A DNA stretch of 64,000 nt. It comes from Candidatus Dormiibacterota bacterium. GTDB taxonomy: Bacteria > Chloroflexota > Dormibacteria > Aeolococcales > Aeolococcaceae. The position numbers were made by a program, and so were the translations under genes. Positions 31,214 through 41,735 of the stretch are shown piece by piece. Where the stretch lies: assembly GCA_963718525.1 (NCBI GenBank), contig OY970355.1, positions 2,592,001 through 2,656,000 on the forward strand. Reading direction: 5' to 3'. The notes beneath the pieces are model-generated. The model saw only the letters and a program-made list of their open reading frames with translations. It was not told where the DNA came from and did no database searches. Numbering within the stretch: the first letter of the stretch is position 1; each line of letters opens with the position of its first letter.

Positions 31214-32071
31214 ATGCCTGAGTTGCCCGAGGTCGAATCCCTCTGCAGGTCTTTCGACGCCCGGCTCCGCGGCCGGATCGTCGAGCGGATGAGCGTGCGA
31301 TCCGTGGCGGTGCTCAAGACGTTCGACCCGCCGGCGTCCGCGCTCGATGGGCTGGCGTTCGACGGCTGCGTCCGCCGAGGGAAGTTCATCGATCTGGTCG
31401 TTCCCCCACTCCACCTCGTGGTGCATCTCGCGCGCGGTGGCTGGATCAGGCTTCGCGACACACCCACGAATGCCCGGCCCGCGCTTCGCGGTCCGCTCGC
31501 AGTGATCGTCACCCTTGCGGACGGCGGCAGCCTCGAGATCACCGAGCACGGCACTGACAAGCGCCTGGCGGTGTCGGTGGTGCGCGATCCGACAGATGTG
31601 CCCGGGATCGCCCGACTCGGGATCGACGCGCTCGACCCTGCGCTGACCCCGACGGCGCTCGGTGAGATCCTCCACCACCAGCACGGAACTCTCAAGAGCG
31701 TTCTCGCCGACCAAGCGGTGATCGCCGGGATCGGGAACGCGTACTCCGACGAGATTCTCCACGCGGCACAGCTCTCGCCCTTCCGCCACGCCGATGCCCT
31801 TGGTGGCCAGGAGCTGGAGCGCCTCGCGGGTGCCATGGGAGACGTGCTCAACGCGGCGGTCGCGGCTTCGGTGGACACGGATCCCACCCTGCTCAAGGAT
31901 GGAAAGCGGCAGTCGATGCGCGTCCACGGCCGCACGGGGCTGCCGTGCCCCGTCTGCGGCGACACCGTCCGTGAGGTGTCGCTGGCGTCGCGATCGTTTC
32001 AGTACTGCCCGGCGTGCCAGACCGGAGGGCGGGTCTTTGCCGACCGGCGAATGAGCCGCCTGCTTCGATGA
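31214..32071 (+). CDS. Fpg/Nei family DNA glycosylase
   Basis: MPELPEVE, GIGNAYSDE and C-terminal Zn finger. Confidence 0.93.
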   Translation: MPELPEVESLCRSFDARLRGRIVERMSVRSVAVLKTFDPPASALDGLAFDGCVRRGKFIDLVVPPLHLVVHLARGGWIRLRDTPTNARPALRGPLAVIVTLADGGSLEITEHGTDKRLAVSVVRDPTDVPGIARLGIDALDPALTPTALGEILHHQHGTLKSVLADQAVIAGIGNAYSDEILHAAQLSPFRHADALGGQELERLAGAMGDVLNAAVAASVDTDPTLLKDGKRQSMRVHGRTGLPCPVCGDTVREVSLASRSFQYCPACQTGGRVFADRRMSRLLR

Positions 32072-32526
32072 GCACACTCACGGCCGATGCCGGCGACGTC
32101 GAGCTCGAGCGCGCACTCTGGGCCTTGCGCGCCTACGACACGATGGCTCTCGCCACCGCCGGTCAGGCGGGTCCGCATGTCGCCGGCGTCTTCTTCGCCC
32201 CGGAGCAACTCGAGAGCGGAATTCGGCTGCTCATCGCCACCAGGGTTGGGACACGCCTCCATCGCGAACTCGCTGTCGACCCACGGGTCGCCTTCATGTG
32301 CTCTCCAGGCAACGCGTCGCGATGGATCCAGGGCGGAGGCGTCGCCTCGGTGGTCGACAACTCGGGCCAGCAAACCGATGTCACCCGTCGTCTCATCGAT
32401 CATGCGGCAGGGGCGCGGGCGTACGTGGAGGGACCGGAGGTGCTTCCGGTGACCATCGCCGTGCGCTGGCTGAAGGTCGTGGAGGCGCGTGACGGCCCGC
32501 ACCTGCTCCTCCGCTTCGACCCTTGA
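32068..32526 (+). CDS. Pyridoxamine 5'-phosphate oxidase-like FMN-binding protein
   Basis: TMALATAG..GPH.AGVFF; ATGA overlap with the previous gene. Confidence 0.65.
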   Translation: MSTLTADAGDVELERALWALRAYDTMALATAGQAGPHVAGVFFAPEQLESGIRLLIATRVGTRLHRELAVDPRVAFMCSPGNASRWIQGGGVASVVDNSGQQTDVTRRLIDHAAGARAYVEGPEVLPVTIAVRWLKVVEARDGPHLLLRFDP

Positions 32527-32528
32527 CG

Positions 32529-33833
32529 TCAGGAGGCGAGCAGCCTCCTGAGATCTGCGAAGAAGCCCGGGTAGGACACCGACGCGGCTTCGGCCCCATC
32601 GATCACCGATTCGCCACCCCCTGCCGGGACCAGCGCCGCCGCGACCGCCCAGGCCATGGCGAAACGGTGGTCTCCCGCGGCGTTCAGATGGGCCGAACGG
32701 AGGTGCGAAGGGCCGTGGACGGTGAGCCAGTCGGCGCCGCTCTCGCAGTGGACGCCCAACGACCGGAGGCCGGTCTCGAGCACGGCGATCCTGTCGGTCT
32801 CCTTGTTGCGCAGCTCGCCGGCATCGCGTATCTCGGTGACGCCGTCAGCCTGGCTCGCAAGCACGGCGATGATCGGGAGCTCATCGATGGTGCGCACGGT
32901 CAGCGCCCCGGCGATCGTCATCGCGTGGAGCCGCGCACCACGCACCTCGATATCGCCGGCCGGCTCGACCCCGCCGGCCAGGTCGCCCGGTTCCACTCGG
33001 ACGTCGGCGCCCATCGCCTCGAGCACCGTGAGCATGCCGGTGCGCCCTGGATTCAGGCCGACTCCCGGACACCGCACTCGCCAACCCGGCCGCGACGCCG
33101 CGAGCGCAAGAAAGAACGCCGCTGAGCTGATATCGCCCGGCACCCGTAGCCCGAAGGGCTCGAGGGGCGCAGGGTGCAGCGTGACCTCCAGCCCGCTCAC
33201 GACCACATCGAGCCCGCACATCCGGAGCATCCGCTCGGTGTGATCGCGTGTCGGAACCGGCTCGACGACGGTGGTCGGCCCGTCCGCTGAGAGACCGGCG
33301 AGGAGGATCGCCGATTTCACCTGAGCACTCGCGATCGCCGGGCGCCAGGTCAACGGCGAGAGACTCCGACTGCCGCGCACCCGGAGGGGAGCGGTTCCCT
33401 GAGGAGATGGCTCGAGCTCAGCCCCCATGGCGCGAAGCGGCTCGACCACGCGCATCATCGGCCGCCGCCGTAGGGATTCGTCACCTTCGAGCGTTGCCTC
33501 GCAGTCGCTCCCGGCAATCACGCCCGCGAGCAGGCGCATGGTCGTCCCGGAATTCGCACAGTCGAGCACTCCCTCCGGGCTGCGCAGGCTGACGCCGACA
33601 CCGGCCCCGTCGAGCGCATAGCGCGCGGGCGGGAAGTCGCGCACCCAGACGCCGCACGCACGGAGGCATGCGGCCGTGGCGAGGACGTCGGCCGCCGGCG
33701 AGGCGTTGCCGATGTACGTCCGGCCTTTCGCGAGGGATCCGAGGATCAATGCTCGGTGGCTGATCGACTTGTCACCGGGGACGGTCACTTCGCCGTCGAT
33801 CCGCGTGACGGGCGACACGCGCTCCTGGCTCAC
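32529..33833 (-). CDS. aroA: EPSP synthase
   Basis: PGDKSISHRA, NSGTTMRL, SAQVKSA and DHR motifs. Confidence 0.97.
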   Translation of the reverse strand: MSQERVSPVTRIDGEVTVPGDKSISHRALILGSLAKGRTYIGNASPAADVLATAACLRACGVWVRDFPPARYALDGAGVGVSLRSPEGVLDCANSGTTMRLLAGVIAGSDCEATLEGDESLRRRPMMRVVEPLRAMGAELEPSPQGTAPLRVRGSRSLSPLTWRPAIASAQVKSAILLAGLSADGPTTVVEPVPTRDHTERMLRMCGLDVVVSGLEVTLHPAPLEPFGLRVPGDISSAAFFLALAASRPGWRVRCPGVGLNPGRTGMLTVLEAMGADVRVEPGDLAGGVEPAGDIEVRGARLHAMTIAGALTVRTIDELPIIAVLASQADGVTEIRDAGELRNKETDRIAVLETGLRSLGVHCESGADWLTVHGPSHLRSAHLNAAGDHRFAMAWAVAAALVPAGGGESVIDGAEAASVSYPGFFADLRRLLAS

Positions 33834-34651
33834 CCCGCGTGCGCTGCCTCGTGACCGATCATCGCGCCGAGGAACCGCTCTGCAGCGGCGACGGGCTCCT
33901 CCGCGTTCATGGCGATCGCGTCCAGCAGGGCAGACCCGACCACGGCGGCCTCTGCGTGTCCTCGGAGCGCCTCAAGATGCTCGTGGGTGGAGAGACCGAA
34001 TCCCAGCGCCCGCGGCAGTGGGGTCACCGCGTGCACCGAATCGAGCAAGGCGATCGCGTCGGCGGCGATGGTTCGCCGCGCACCGGTGACACCGGTGACC
34101 CCGACGCAGTACACGAACCCTGCGCCGGTCGAGCAGATGCGCGCCAGGCGATCCGGGGTGGTCGTCGGCGCCACGAGCGGGATCATGGCGACGCCCGCAC
34201 CATGCAGCGCCTGGCGTACGCCGGCCGCCTCGTCGAGTGGAAGGTCGGGAATGATGACGCCGTCGACGCCCACGGCAGACGCGTTGCCGGCGAATGCGTC
34301 GACGCCGAAACTGAGCACCGGGTTGACATAGGTCATCACCGCAAGGGGGATGCTCACGCCACGAGCCCTCGCGTCCTCGACCTGGCTGAGCGCCGTGGCG
34401 AGGGTCATACCGTTGCGCAGCGCCACCTGCCCGGTGCGCTGAATCGTCGGTCCGTCCGCGAGCGGATCGCTGAAGGGGATGCCCACCTCGGCCGCGATGC
34501 ATCCGGTGCGCTCCGCGGCGATGAGCAGGTCACCGAGGCTGTCGAGCGACGGATACCCGGCCGTGAAATACGGGATCAGCCCCGGAGCCGTTTCGGAGGG
34601 TCGTGCTGCGAATGCGAGGTCGAACCGGGTATCCGGGATCGCGTCGCTCAT
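33830..34651 (-). CDS. trpA: Tryptophan synthase alpha
   Basis: [17 protein letters not shown]. Confidence 0.97.
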   Translation of the reverse strand: MSDAIPDTRFDLAFAARPSETAPGLIPYFTAGYPSLDSLGDLLIAAERTGCIAAEVGIPFSDPLADGPTIQRTGQVALRNGMTLATALSQVEDARARGVSIPLAVMTYVNPVLSFGVDAFAGNASAVGVDGVIIPDLPLDEAAGVRQALHGAGVAMIPLVAPTTTPDRLARICSTGAGFVYCVGVTGVTGARRTIAADAIALLDSVHAVTPLPRALGFGLSTHEHLEALRGHAEAAVVGSALLDAIAMNAEEPVAAAERFLGAMIGHEAAHAG

Positions 34652-35829
34652 GACCCGTCGAACTCGCGGACGGTATCGATGTCCTTGTCACCGCGGCCGC
34701 TCAGGCAGACGAGGACCACGTCGCCGGCCGGGAGGTCGTGGGCAATCGTGCCCGCGACGTGGATCGCGTGCGACAACTCGAGTGCGGGGATGATGCCTTC
34801 GAGCAGGCACAGTTGATGAAACGCGGCGAGGGCCTCGGAGTCCGTCGCCGCGACGTACTCGACCCGTCCGCTGTCACGGAGCGCGCTGTGCTCCGGTCCG
34901 ACTCCCGGGTAGTCGAGGCCGGCGCTGATCGAATGCGTGGCGAGGACCTGGCCGTCGCGACTCTGCATCAGGTAGCTCAAGGAACCGTGCAGCACCCCGG
35001 GCCGTCCGCGCGACAGTGGGGCCGCGTGTTCGCCACTGTCCAGCCCGCGGCCGGCCGCCTCGACACCGACGAGGCGCACGTCGTCGCCAAGGAATGCCGC
35101 GAACATGCCGATGGCGTTGCTCCCGCCACCCACGCAGGCCACCACCACTGACGGCAACCGATCCATGCGGGTCAGCATCTGCTCACGCGCCTCGTCGCCG
35201 ATGACCCGCTGCAGACGTCGCACCAGCGACGGATACGGGTGCGGCCCGACCGCGCTGCCGATCACGTAATGCGTATCGCGCACGTGCGCCACCCAGTCCC
35301 GGATCGCCTCGTTGGTGGCGTCCTTGAGTGTCGCCGAACCGCTGTCGACGGGCACCACCTCGGCCCCGAGCAACGCCATCCTGTACACGTTGAGCGCCTG
35401 CCGGCGCATGTCCTCCCGACCCATGTAGACAACGCACTCGAGACCGAGCGCGGCGCATGCGGTTGCGGTTGCGACGCCATGCTGGCCCGCTCCCGTCTCG
35501 GCGATGATCCGTGCCTTGCCCATGCGCTGAGCGAGCAGGACCTGACCGAGGGCGTTGTTGAGCTTGTGGGCGCCGGTGTGCAGCAGGTCCTCGCGCTTCA
35601 ACCAGATCTCCGCGCCCGCATGGGCATCGCTGAAGCGGCGTGCATGGGTCGCCGGCGTCGGGCGCCCGGCGAAGTCGGCGAGCCACCGATCCAGCTCGGA
35701 GGTGAACGCCGCATCGGCGAACGCGCTGCGCATCTCGCTCTCGAGCTCCTCGAGGGCAGGGACAAGGGTCTCCGGCACGTAGGCGCCGCCGTAGCCGTCG
35801 AACCGGCCATGCACGGGTTGCGCGCTCAC
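34648..35829 (-). CDS. trpB: Tryptophan synthase beta
   Basis: [18 protein letters not shown] and LSGRGDKD motifs. Confidence 0.98.
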   Translation of the reverse strand: MSAQPVHGRFDGYGGAYVPETLVPALEELESEMRSAFADAAFTSELDRWLADFAGRPTPATHARRFSDAHAGAEIWLKREDLLHTGAHKLNNALGQVLLAQRMGKARIIAETGAGQHGVATATACAALGLECVVYMGREDMRRQALNVYRMALLGAEVVPVDSGSATLKDATNEAIRDWVAHVRDTHYVIGSAVGPHPYPSLVRRLQRVIGDEAREQMLTRMDRLPSVVVACVGGGSNAIGMFAAFLGDDVRLVGVEAAGRGLDSGEHAAPLSRGRPGVLHGSLSYLMQSRDGQVLATHSISAGLDYPGVGPEHSALRDSGRVEYVAATDSEALAAFHQLCLLEGIIPALELSHAIHVAGTIAHDLPAGDVVLVCLSGRGDKDIDTVREFDGS

Positions 35830-36464
35830 CGTGGTTCCATCTGCAACTGCGCCGCGGAACGTGCGGCGATCACGAAACTCGTGACCAGGTCGGCATCCTT
35901 CTCCCCGGGGCGGCGTTCCAGGCGGCTCGACGCGTCAACACCGGCGGGACGCACGGTTGCGATGGCGTCGCCGACGTTGTCCGGCCCAAGGCCGCCGGCG
36001 AGCATCACCGCGCGGTGACGAGCGACGTCCGCGGCCCATCCGAGAGGAACGCGCCGGCCGGTGCCCCCGGGGAGCCCCCCTTGCTCAGGCATCCCGTCGA
36101 GCATCACCAGCGTGTCTGGGGGCCAGTCGATCCGGCTTGCCGTCGCGCCGTCCTCGACGTTGAAGACAGGAATGACCGGAACGGAACACTCCGTGACCAG
36201 TTCCCTGTTGAAGTTTCCGTGAATCTGAACTCCGGCGAGGTGATATCGAGACGCCGCGGCATCACAGTCGGCAGCGCTCGGTTCGACGAAGACGCCGATC
36301 AGGTCGGCGCGATCCCCGACAGCGCGAACGACCGCGAGGGCCGCTTCGTCATCCACCCAGCGCGAGCTCGCTGCCACGAGCATCAGGCCGATCCAATCGG
36401 CGCCGGCGTCGATGGCGGCGTCGGCGACCCCCGGGGTGCGAACGCCGCACACCTTGACGATCAC
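35826..36464 (-). CDS. trpF: Phosphoribosylanthranilate isomerase
   Basis: VKVCG, GGTG and LAGGL motifs. Confidence 0.93.
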   Translation of the reverse strand: MIVKVCGVRTPGVADAAIDAGADWIGLMLVAASSRWVDDEAALAVVRAVGDRADLIGVFVEPSAADCDAAASRYHLAGVQIHGNFNRELVTECSVPVIPVFNVEDGATASRIDWPPDTLVMLDGMPEQGGLPGGTGRRVPLGWAADVARHRAVMLAGGLGPDNVGDAIATVRPAGVDASSRLERRPGEKDADLVTSFVIAARSAAQLQMEPR

Positions 36465-37258
36465 GACCGCTGCGCCTCGCGTGCCGCTGTGACCATCGCC
36501 GCGCATGCGGCCGCCGGCGATGACGCCCGCATCAGCGCCTCGCCGATGAGCACGGCGTCGGCGCCCTCGTTGATGAGGCGGTTCACGTCATCCGGATTTC
36601 GCACCCCTGACTCCGCCACACACACGACGCCATCTGGGATGGTGCCGCGCACGGGAGCGAAGGTGTCGAGGTCGGTGGTGAGGGTGTGAAGGTTGCGGTT
36701 GTTGATCCCGATGCACTCCGAACCAGCGGCAACGGCCCTTCGTGCCTCATCGACGTCGTGGACCTCGACGATCGCGTGGGCGCGGCTCCGGGCGACACCC
36801 TCGAGGCACAGGTCAAGCGAGTCTCCGTCGAGCAACGCGACGATCAGGAGGACCCAGTCGGCTCCGGCAACACGAGCCTCCGCGACCTGCACGGGATCCA
36901 GCGTGAAGTCCTTGCGCAGCAAGGGAATATCGAGGCCTGCCCGGACCTGGGCCAGATCGTCGAGTGATCCGCCGAAATCGGGGCCGTCGGTGAGCACCGA
37001 GATGGCTGCGACCCCGCAGGCAGCGTAGTCCTGAGCGACGGACAGCGCATCCATGTCCGTACGCAGCGGGCCGCCGCTGGGGGAGCGCCGCTTCATCTCC
37101 GCGATGACAGTTCCGCCGCGCAGTGCCTCCACCAGCCCTCGCGCTGGCGGCAGCAGCTCGGCTTTTGCCCAGAGTGCGGCTTCCGCGCAGCGGAGCTGGT
37201 CGACCTCCGCGCGCTTGCGCACAGCGATGGCGTCGAGCGCGCTGCCGGCGGCGCTCAC
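36461..37258 (-). CDS. trpC: Indole-3-glycerol phosphate synthase
   Basis: IAEMKRRSPS, LRKDF and GINNRNL motifs. Confidence 0.96.
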   Translation of the reverse strand: MSAAGSALDAIAVRKRAEVDQLRCAEAALWAKAELLPPARGLVEALRGGTVIAEMKRRSPSGGPLRTDMDALSVAQDYAACGVAAISVLTDGPDFGGSLDDLAQVRAGLDIPLLRKDFTLDPVQVAEARVAGADWVLLIVALLDGDSLDLCLEGVARSRAHAIVEVHDVDEARRAVAAGSECIGINNRNLHTLTTDLDTFAPVRGTIPDGVVCVAESGVRNPDDVNRLINEGADAVLIGEALMRASSPAAACAAMVTAAREAQRS

Positions 37259-37863
37259 GCGCGCACTCCCGCCGGAAGGGATGCGGTGTCAAGGAAATTG
37301 CGGAGCAGCGCGCGCCCTGCGGGGGTTCCGACCGACTCCGGGTGGAACTGCACGCCCTCGACGGGAAAATGTCGATGGCGCATGGCCATGATCAGACCGT
37401 CGTCGCTCCACGCGGTCGCCTCGAGGACGTCAGGAAGGTCCGAGGTCGAGACGACGAGTGAGTGATACCGCGTCGCCATGAATGGATTCTCGATGCCGCG
37501 GAGGACACCCGTGCCTCCATGGTGCACCGGGCCCACCTTGCCGTGAACCACCGCGGGGGCGCGCACCACCTGGGCGCCATAGGCGACACCGATCGCCTGG
37601 TGGCCGAGGCAGACGCCGAGCATCGGCACGGTGCCGTCCAGCTCGCGGATGAGGTCGACGCAGACGCCTGCCTCCTCGGGAACGCGAGGGCCCGGCGACA
37701 TGACGATGGCGGCCGGAGCTGACTCGACGATGGCGGTGACTGAGAGTGCGTCATTTCGCTCGACGGCGACACGTGCTCCCAATTCCCGAAGGTATTGCAC
37801 GAGATTGAAGGTGAACGAGTCGTAGTTGTCGATAACCAGGACCTGACCGCTCAGCGAACCCAT
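37255..37863 (-). CDS. trpG: Anthranilate synthase component II
   Basis: IDNYDSFT, GVCLGHQ and QFHPES motifs. Confidence 0.94.
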   Translation of the reverse strand: MGSLSGQVLVIDNYDSFTFNLVQYLRELGARVAVERNDALSVTAIVESAPAAIVMSPGPRVPEEAGVCVDLIRELDGTVPMLGVCLGHQAIGVAYGAQVVRAPAVVHGKVGPVHHGGTGVLRGIENPFMATRYHSLVVSTSDLPDVLEATAWSDDGLIMAMRHRHFPVEGVQFHPESVGTPAGRALLRNFLDTASLPAGVRA

Positions 37864-39308
37864 GCGTTCGCCTCCTCCACCGCGAGAATCTGCGCGGCGA
37901 CCTTGTTGTCGATCTCCACCGTCTCCTCGTTGACCAGGGAGTCGGCGACGATCCCGGCTGCCGCCTGGACATATGCGATGCCCTGGCGGACCACGATGGT
38001 GCGAAGCGCGATGGCGGTGTCGAGATCTCCGCCGTAGCCGACGTAGCCGATCGCTCCGGCGTAGGCTCCGCGCTCCTCCGGCTCGAGCTCCGCAATGATT
38101 TCCATGGCACGGATTTTCGGCGCCCCGGTGACTGTCCCGGCGGGGAAGCATGCGCGGAGCGCATCGAGCGAGTTGCGGCCGTCATCGAGGGTCCCTTCGA
38201 TACTGCTCACCAGGTGCATCACGTGCGAGTAGCGCTCGACCTCCATGTGCTGGATGACCCGGATGCTGCCGGTCGCGCAGACCCGCCCGAGGTCGTTGCG
38301 TCCGAGGTCGATCAGCATGAGATGCTCGGCCGCCTCCTTGTCGCTCGCTCGCAGCTCGCGCTCCATCCGCTCGTCGTCCTCCGGCGTGCGTCCGCGCCGG
38401 CGCGTTCCCGCGATCGGGTGGTACCGCACACTCGGGCCCGTGACCTGGACGAGCATCTCCGGGGAGGCGCCGACCAGGGTGCACTCCGGGGTGGCGATGT
38501 AGATCATGTACGGGCTCGGATTGATGGCCCGAAGCGCCACGTACACATCGAAGGGATCCGCCTGCAGCGGGAGCGCGAAGCGGCGGGAGACCTGGACCTG
38601 GAAGATGTCGCCGGCGACGATGTAGTCGAGCGCGCGACGCACCCGGTCCTGGAACTGCGCCCTCGAGAGGTTGGCCTGGTGCTCGTGGGCGCCGACGTTC
38701 ACCGGGATCCCTGCGAGTCGAGCCGCCGGCTCAGGCGCCGCGGCGCAGATCGCTTCGCGCAGCTCGCAGATTCGAGCGAGTGCCCGTTCGTACGCTGCGT
38801 CGAAGCCGGACGTGTCGTTGCGCTGAACGCAGCTCGAGAGCAGCAACCGGTGATGGGCATGATCGAACACTGCCACCGTGTCAAAGATCCCGAACCACTG
38901 CCGCGGAAGTCCGAGCGGGTCGCGCGCCGCTGCGGGGAGATGCTCGTAGCGGTTCGCCGCCTCATAGGTGAGGAAGCCCACAGCACCGCCGAGCAGGGGC
39001 GCCGCAAGACCGGGCGCGCATGCGGCGCCGATCGACGCGATCTCCCGGTCGAGCACCGCGAGCGGATCACCCCCCGCGCCGGTGTCACTGATCACTCGCG
39101 ACGGGCGGTGACCGAGCATGGACCAGCGCGCCACCGCGCCGCTGCCTTCGACTGACTCGAGCAGGAAGCAGCTCGCCGTGGTTCCGAGCGCCCGCATCGC
39201 GGCGACCGGGGTCGCTTCGCCGACTGGAAGCTCCAGGACGACCGCGACGACGTCGTGGTCAGTGAGCCGGCGCCGCGCCTCCTCGAGGCCGGGAAGTGGC
39301 TGGTTCAT
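37851..39308 (-). CDS. trpE: Anthranilate synthase component I
   Basis: FLLES, NPSPYM, PIAGT and GAPKIRAM motifs. Confidence 0.95.
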   Translation of the reverse strand: MNQPLPGLEEARRRLTDHDVVAVVLELPVGEATPVAAMRALGTTASCFLLESVEGSGAVARWSMLGHRPSRVISDTGAGGDPLAVLDREIASIGAACAPGLAAPLLGGAVGFLTYEAANRYEHLPAAARDPLGLPRQWFGIFDTVAVFDHAHHRLLLSSCVQRNDTSGFDAAYERALARICELREAICAAAPEPAARLAGIPVNVGAHEHQANLSRAQFQDRVRRALDYIVAGDIFQVQVSRRFALPLQADPFDVYVALRAINPSPYMIYIATPECTLVGASPEMLVQVTGPSVRYHPIAGTRRRGRTPEDDERMERELRASDKEAAEHLMLIDLGRNDLGRVCATGSIRVIQHMEVERYSHVMHLVSSIEGTLDDGRNSLDALRACFPAGTVTGAPKIRAMEIIAELEPEERGAYAGAIGYVGYGGDLDTAIALRTIVVRQGIAYVQAAAGIVADSLVNEETVEIDNKVAAQILAVEEANAWVR

Positions 39309-39329
39309 CGGTGGGGCGCCATGGGGGTG

Positions 39330-40514
39330 TCATCCGGGCACCGCGGCGCCGACGTACTGCGCGATCCTGCGCGCCGCCTCCTCCAGGTTGGTGATGGAGG
39401 CGGCGTAGCTGAGGCGAATGTGCCCCGCACCCTCCGGCCCGAACGACCGGCCGGGCAGGACGGCGACCCCCACCTCGTCGAGCAGCGCGTTGGCGAGCTC
39501 GCGGTCGCCGAAGCCGGTGGCGGTGATGTCCGGGAAGACGTAGAACGCGCCCGCCGGCTTGTGACACTTGAAGCCCGGGATGTCGTTCAACAGATCGACG
39601 ATGCGGTCGCGACGGTGACCGAACTCCGCCACCATGCGGTCGACGGCGGCGTCGGACTCCGGTGAGTTGAAGGCCTCGACGGCCGCCCACTGCGTGAACG
39701 CCGCAGCGCATGACGAGCTGTTGATCATCAGCGTGTCCATCTTTCGGGCGATCTCGACCGGCATCGCGCCAAACCCCAGGCGCCACCCGCACATCGCCCA
39801 CGCCTTGGAGAGTCCGTCCATATAGATCGTCCGCTCGGCCATCCCGTCGATGCCGTACAGGGACACGTGGGCGCCGTCGTAGCTCAGACGGTTGTAGATC
39901 TCATCGCTGAGGACGATCAGGTCGTGCTCGATGGCGAGACGCGCGATCGCCTCGCAGTCACCGCGGGTGAGGATCCCTCCGGTGGGATTCTGCGGGGAGT
40001 TGACGACGAGCATGCGTGTCCGCGGCGTGATCAGCCTGGCGAGCTCATCGACGTCGGCACGGAAATCGTGCTCCTGGCGCAGCGGCAGCGAGACTGCCTT
40101 GGCGCCGATGAACTCGACCAGCGACCGGTAGATGGGATATCCCGGATCCGGGACGATGACCTCGTCCCCCTCCTCCACCAGGGCGAGCAGGGCGAACAGG
40201 AGCAGGTTCTTCGAGCCCGGGGTGAGCACGATGTTCTCGAACCGCGTTGGCACGCCGGTGTGGCGCGTGACGTATGCGGCGGTCTTCTCGCGCACCTCGC
40301 GGATGCCGCTTGCCGCCGTGTAGTGCGTCGCACCCTCGCGCATCGCACGCACCGCGGCGTCGATGATGTTGTCAGGGGTGGCAAAATCAGGCTCGCCGAT
40401 CTCGAGATGGACGATGTTCCGGCCCTCGGCTTCGAGGAGCCGTGCGTGGGCGAGCACCTCGAAGGCACTTTCGGTGCCCAGGCGCGAGAGTCGGTCGGCA
40501 AACCGAATGGTCAT
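39330..40514 (-). CDS. Class I/II PLP aminotransferase (AspC-like)
   Basis: GEPDF, SDEIY and SKAWAMCGWRLG motifs. Confidence 0.93.
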   Translation of the reverse strand: MTIRFADRLSRLGTESAFEVLAHARLLEAEGRNIVHLEIGEPDFATPDNIIDAAVRAMREGATHYTAASGIREVREKTAAYVTRHTGVPTRFENIVLTPGSKNLLLFALLALVEEGDEVIVPDPGYPIYRSLVEFIGAKAVSLPLRQEHDFRADVDELARLITPRTRMLVVNSPQNPTGGILTRGDCEAIARLAIEHDLIVLSDEIYNRLSYDGAHVSLYGIDGMAERTIYMDGLSKAWAMCGWRLGFGAMPVEIARKMDTLMINSSSCAAAFTQWAAVEAFNSPESDAAVDRMVAEFGHRRDRIVDLLNDIPGFKCHKPAGAFYVFPDITATGFGDRELANALLDEVGVAVLPGRSFGPEGAGHIRLSYAASITNLEEAARRIAQYVGAAVPG

Positions 40515-40795
40515 GACGCCACCATCATGCCTGGAAGGTTGCCAGTCGCCGCGGAATGCTCGACGTCCACGCGTTCGACGCGCGCGTGCGACGGCCCTTG
40601 ACGGAGGAGTTCCAGCATCCGCCCGACCTCCTGCGCTGGGCCTTCGAGCACCACCTCGACGGTTCCGTCCGGCTGGTTTCGCACCGTGCCCGACAGGCCG
40701 GCGTCACCCGCGTGATGGATCACGAAGGCGCGAAAGCCCACCATCTGCACCCTGCCGTGCACGACGGCACGGACACGGACAACCGCTTCACCCAT
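40511..40795 (-). CDS. acyP: Acylphosphatase
   Basis: GRVQMVGFR and GTVRN motifs. Confidence 0.92.
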   Translation of the reverse strand: MGEAVVRVRAVVHGRVQMVGFRAFVIHHAGDAGLSGTVRNQPDGTVEVVLEGPAQEVGRMLELLRQGPSHARVERVDVEHSAATGNLPGMMVAS

Positions 40796-40830
40796 CGCCG
40801 CCCGATTATAGGTGGGGTGAGTTCTCCGGC

Positions 40831-41649
40831 TCAGGCAGCCGCTGTGGAGCCCTGGGCGGTCGCCGCCGTCAACTTGCGCACCAGCGGCGGGATCTCGCGA
40901 AGGTTCTTGATCTCCACGCCGCTCAGCTCCGACAGCAGCGCCAGGATGCGACGCTGCACCGGAGCCTCATGGTCGCGTCCGGGCAGATACCAGTTCAACA
41001 TTCGCGAGACGTACTCAGGATCCTCGAGCTGGCTGACCACCGACGGCTCGGTGATCGTGGTCGGATGCTTGGGCGCATCGTTGGTGCTGCGCATCATCCA
41101 GAGCGACATCTTGAGGATGTCCGGAAGCACCTCGGGCTTGTTCGCGACGGCACGGCGCATGTACTTCGCATAGCAGGCGGCGTGGCGCAACTCATCCGCT
41201 GCGAGGATCTTGAAGATCTTGCGGATCACGGGTTCGGGACCCTGCTCGCTGAACGCGGTGTACCAGTGAGCGAGGCGCTGCTCGCCGCAGAAGTGCATGG
41301 TGAGCGTCTCGATCGCCGGTCCTGGCGCGAAGGTCAGCCGCAACTCGGGGAGCTTGGCCTCGTCAAACGTCTCGCCGCACCGCTCCAGGTACTTGCGCAA
41401 CGTGAGGTGATGCTTCATCTCCTCGTAGAACCAGATGGAGACGAAGCTGCAGAAGTCGATGTCCGTATAGAAGTCACGCAGGAACATCTCAGTCGCATAA
41501 AGCGCGGAGAGCTCCGTGAGGCAGATGTTCCGGAGATCGCTGATCCACTGGGGGCTCACCAGGCTCGGATCGATGTCGTCGAAAGGGATGTCGGCATTGA
41601 GCGTCCACCGGGCGCGTTCGAGCCGGATGAACATATCGTCGTAGAGCAT
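40831..41649 (-). CDS. Ferritin-like di-iron protein (acyl-ACP desaturase/AurF-like fold)
   Basis: Ligand pattern TE...EEMKH...GE...DELRH. Confidence 0.8.
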   Translation of the reverse strand: MLYDDMFIRLERARWTLNADIPFDDIDPSLVSPQWISDLRNICLTELSALYATEMFLRDFYTDIDFCSFVSIWFYEEMKHHLTLRKYLERCGETFDEAKLPELRLTFAPGPAIETLTMHFCGEQRLAHWYTAFSEQGPEPVIRKIFKILAADELRHAACYAKYMRRAVANKPEVLPDILKMSLWMMRSTNDAPKHPTTITEPSVVSQLEDPEYVSRMLNWYLPGRDHEAPVQRRILALLSELSGVEIKNLREIPPLVRKLTAATAQGSTAAA

Positions 41650-41716
41650 TGGAAGCAGCATACTTTCTTCGCCCCGCACAAAGGGTGGGCAATGTCATCC
41701 GGCGTACAGGCCAAGA

Positions 41717-41735
41717 TTTGTACATGAGGGACAAT
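41717..41735. promoter_or_regulatory. Putative PucR-family operator
   Basis: TTTGT-N9-ACAAT between the divergent genes. Confidence 0.45.
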
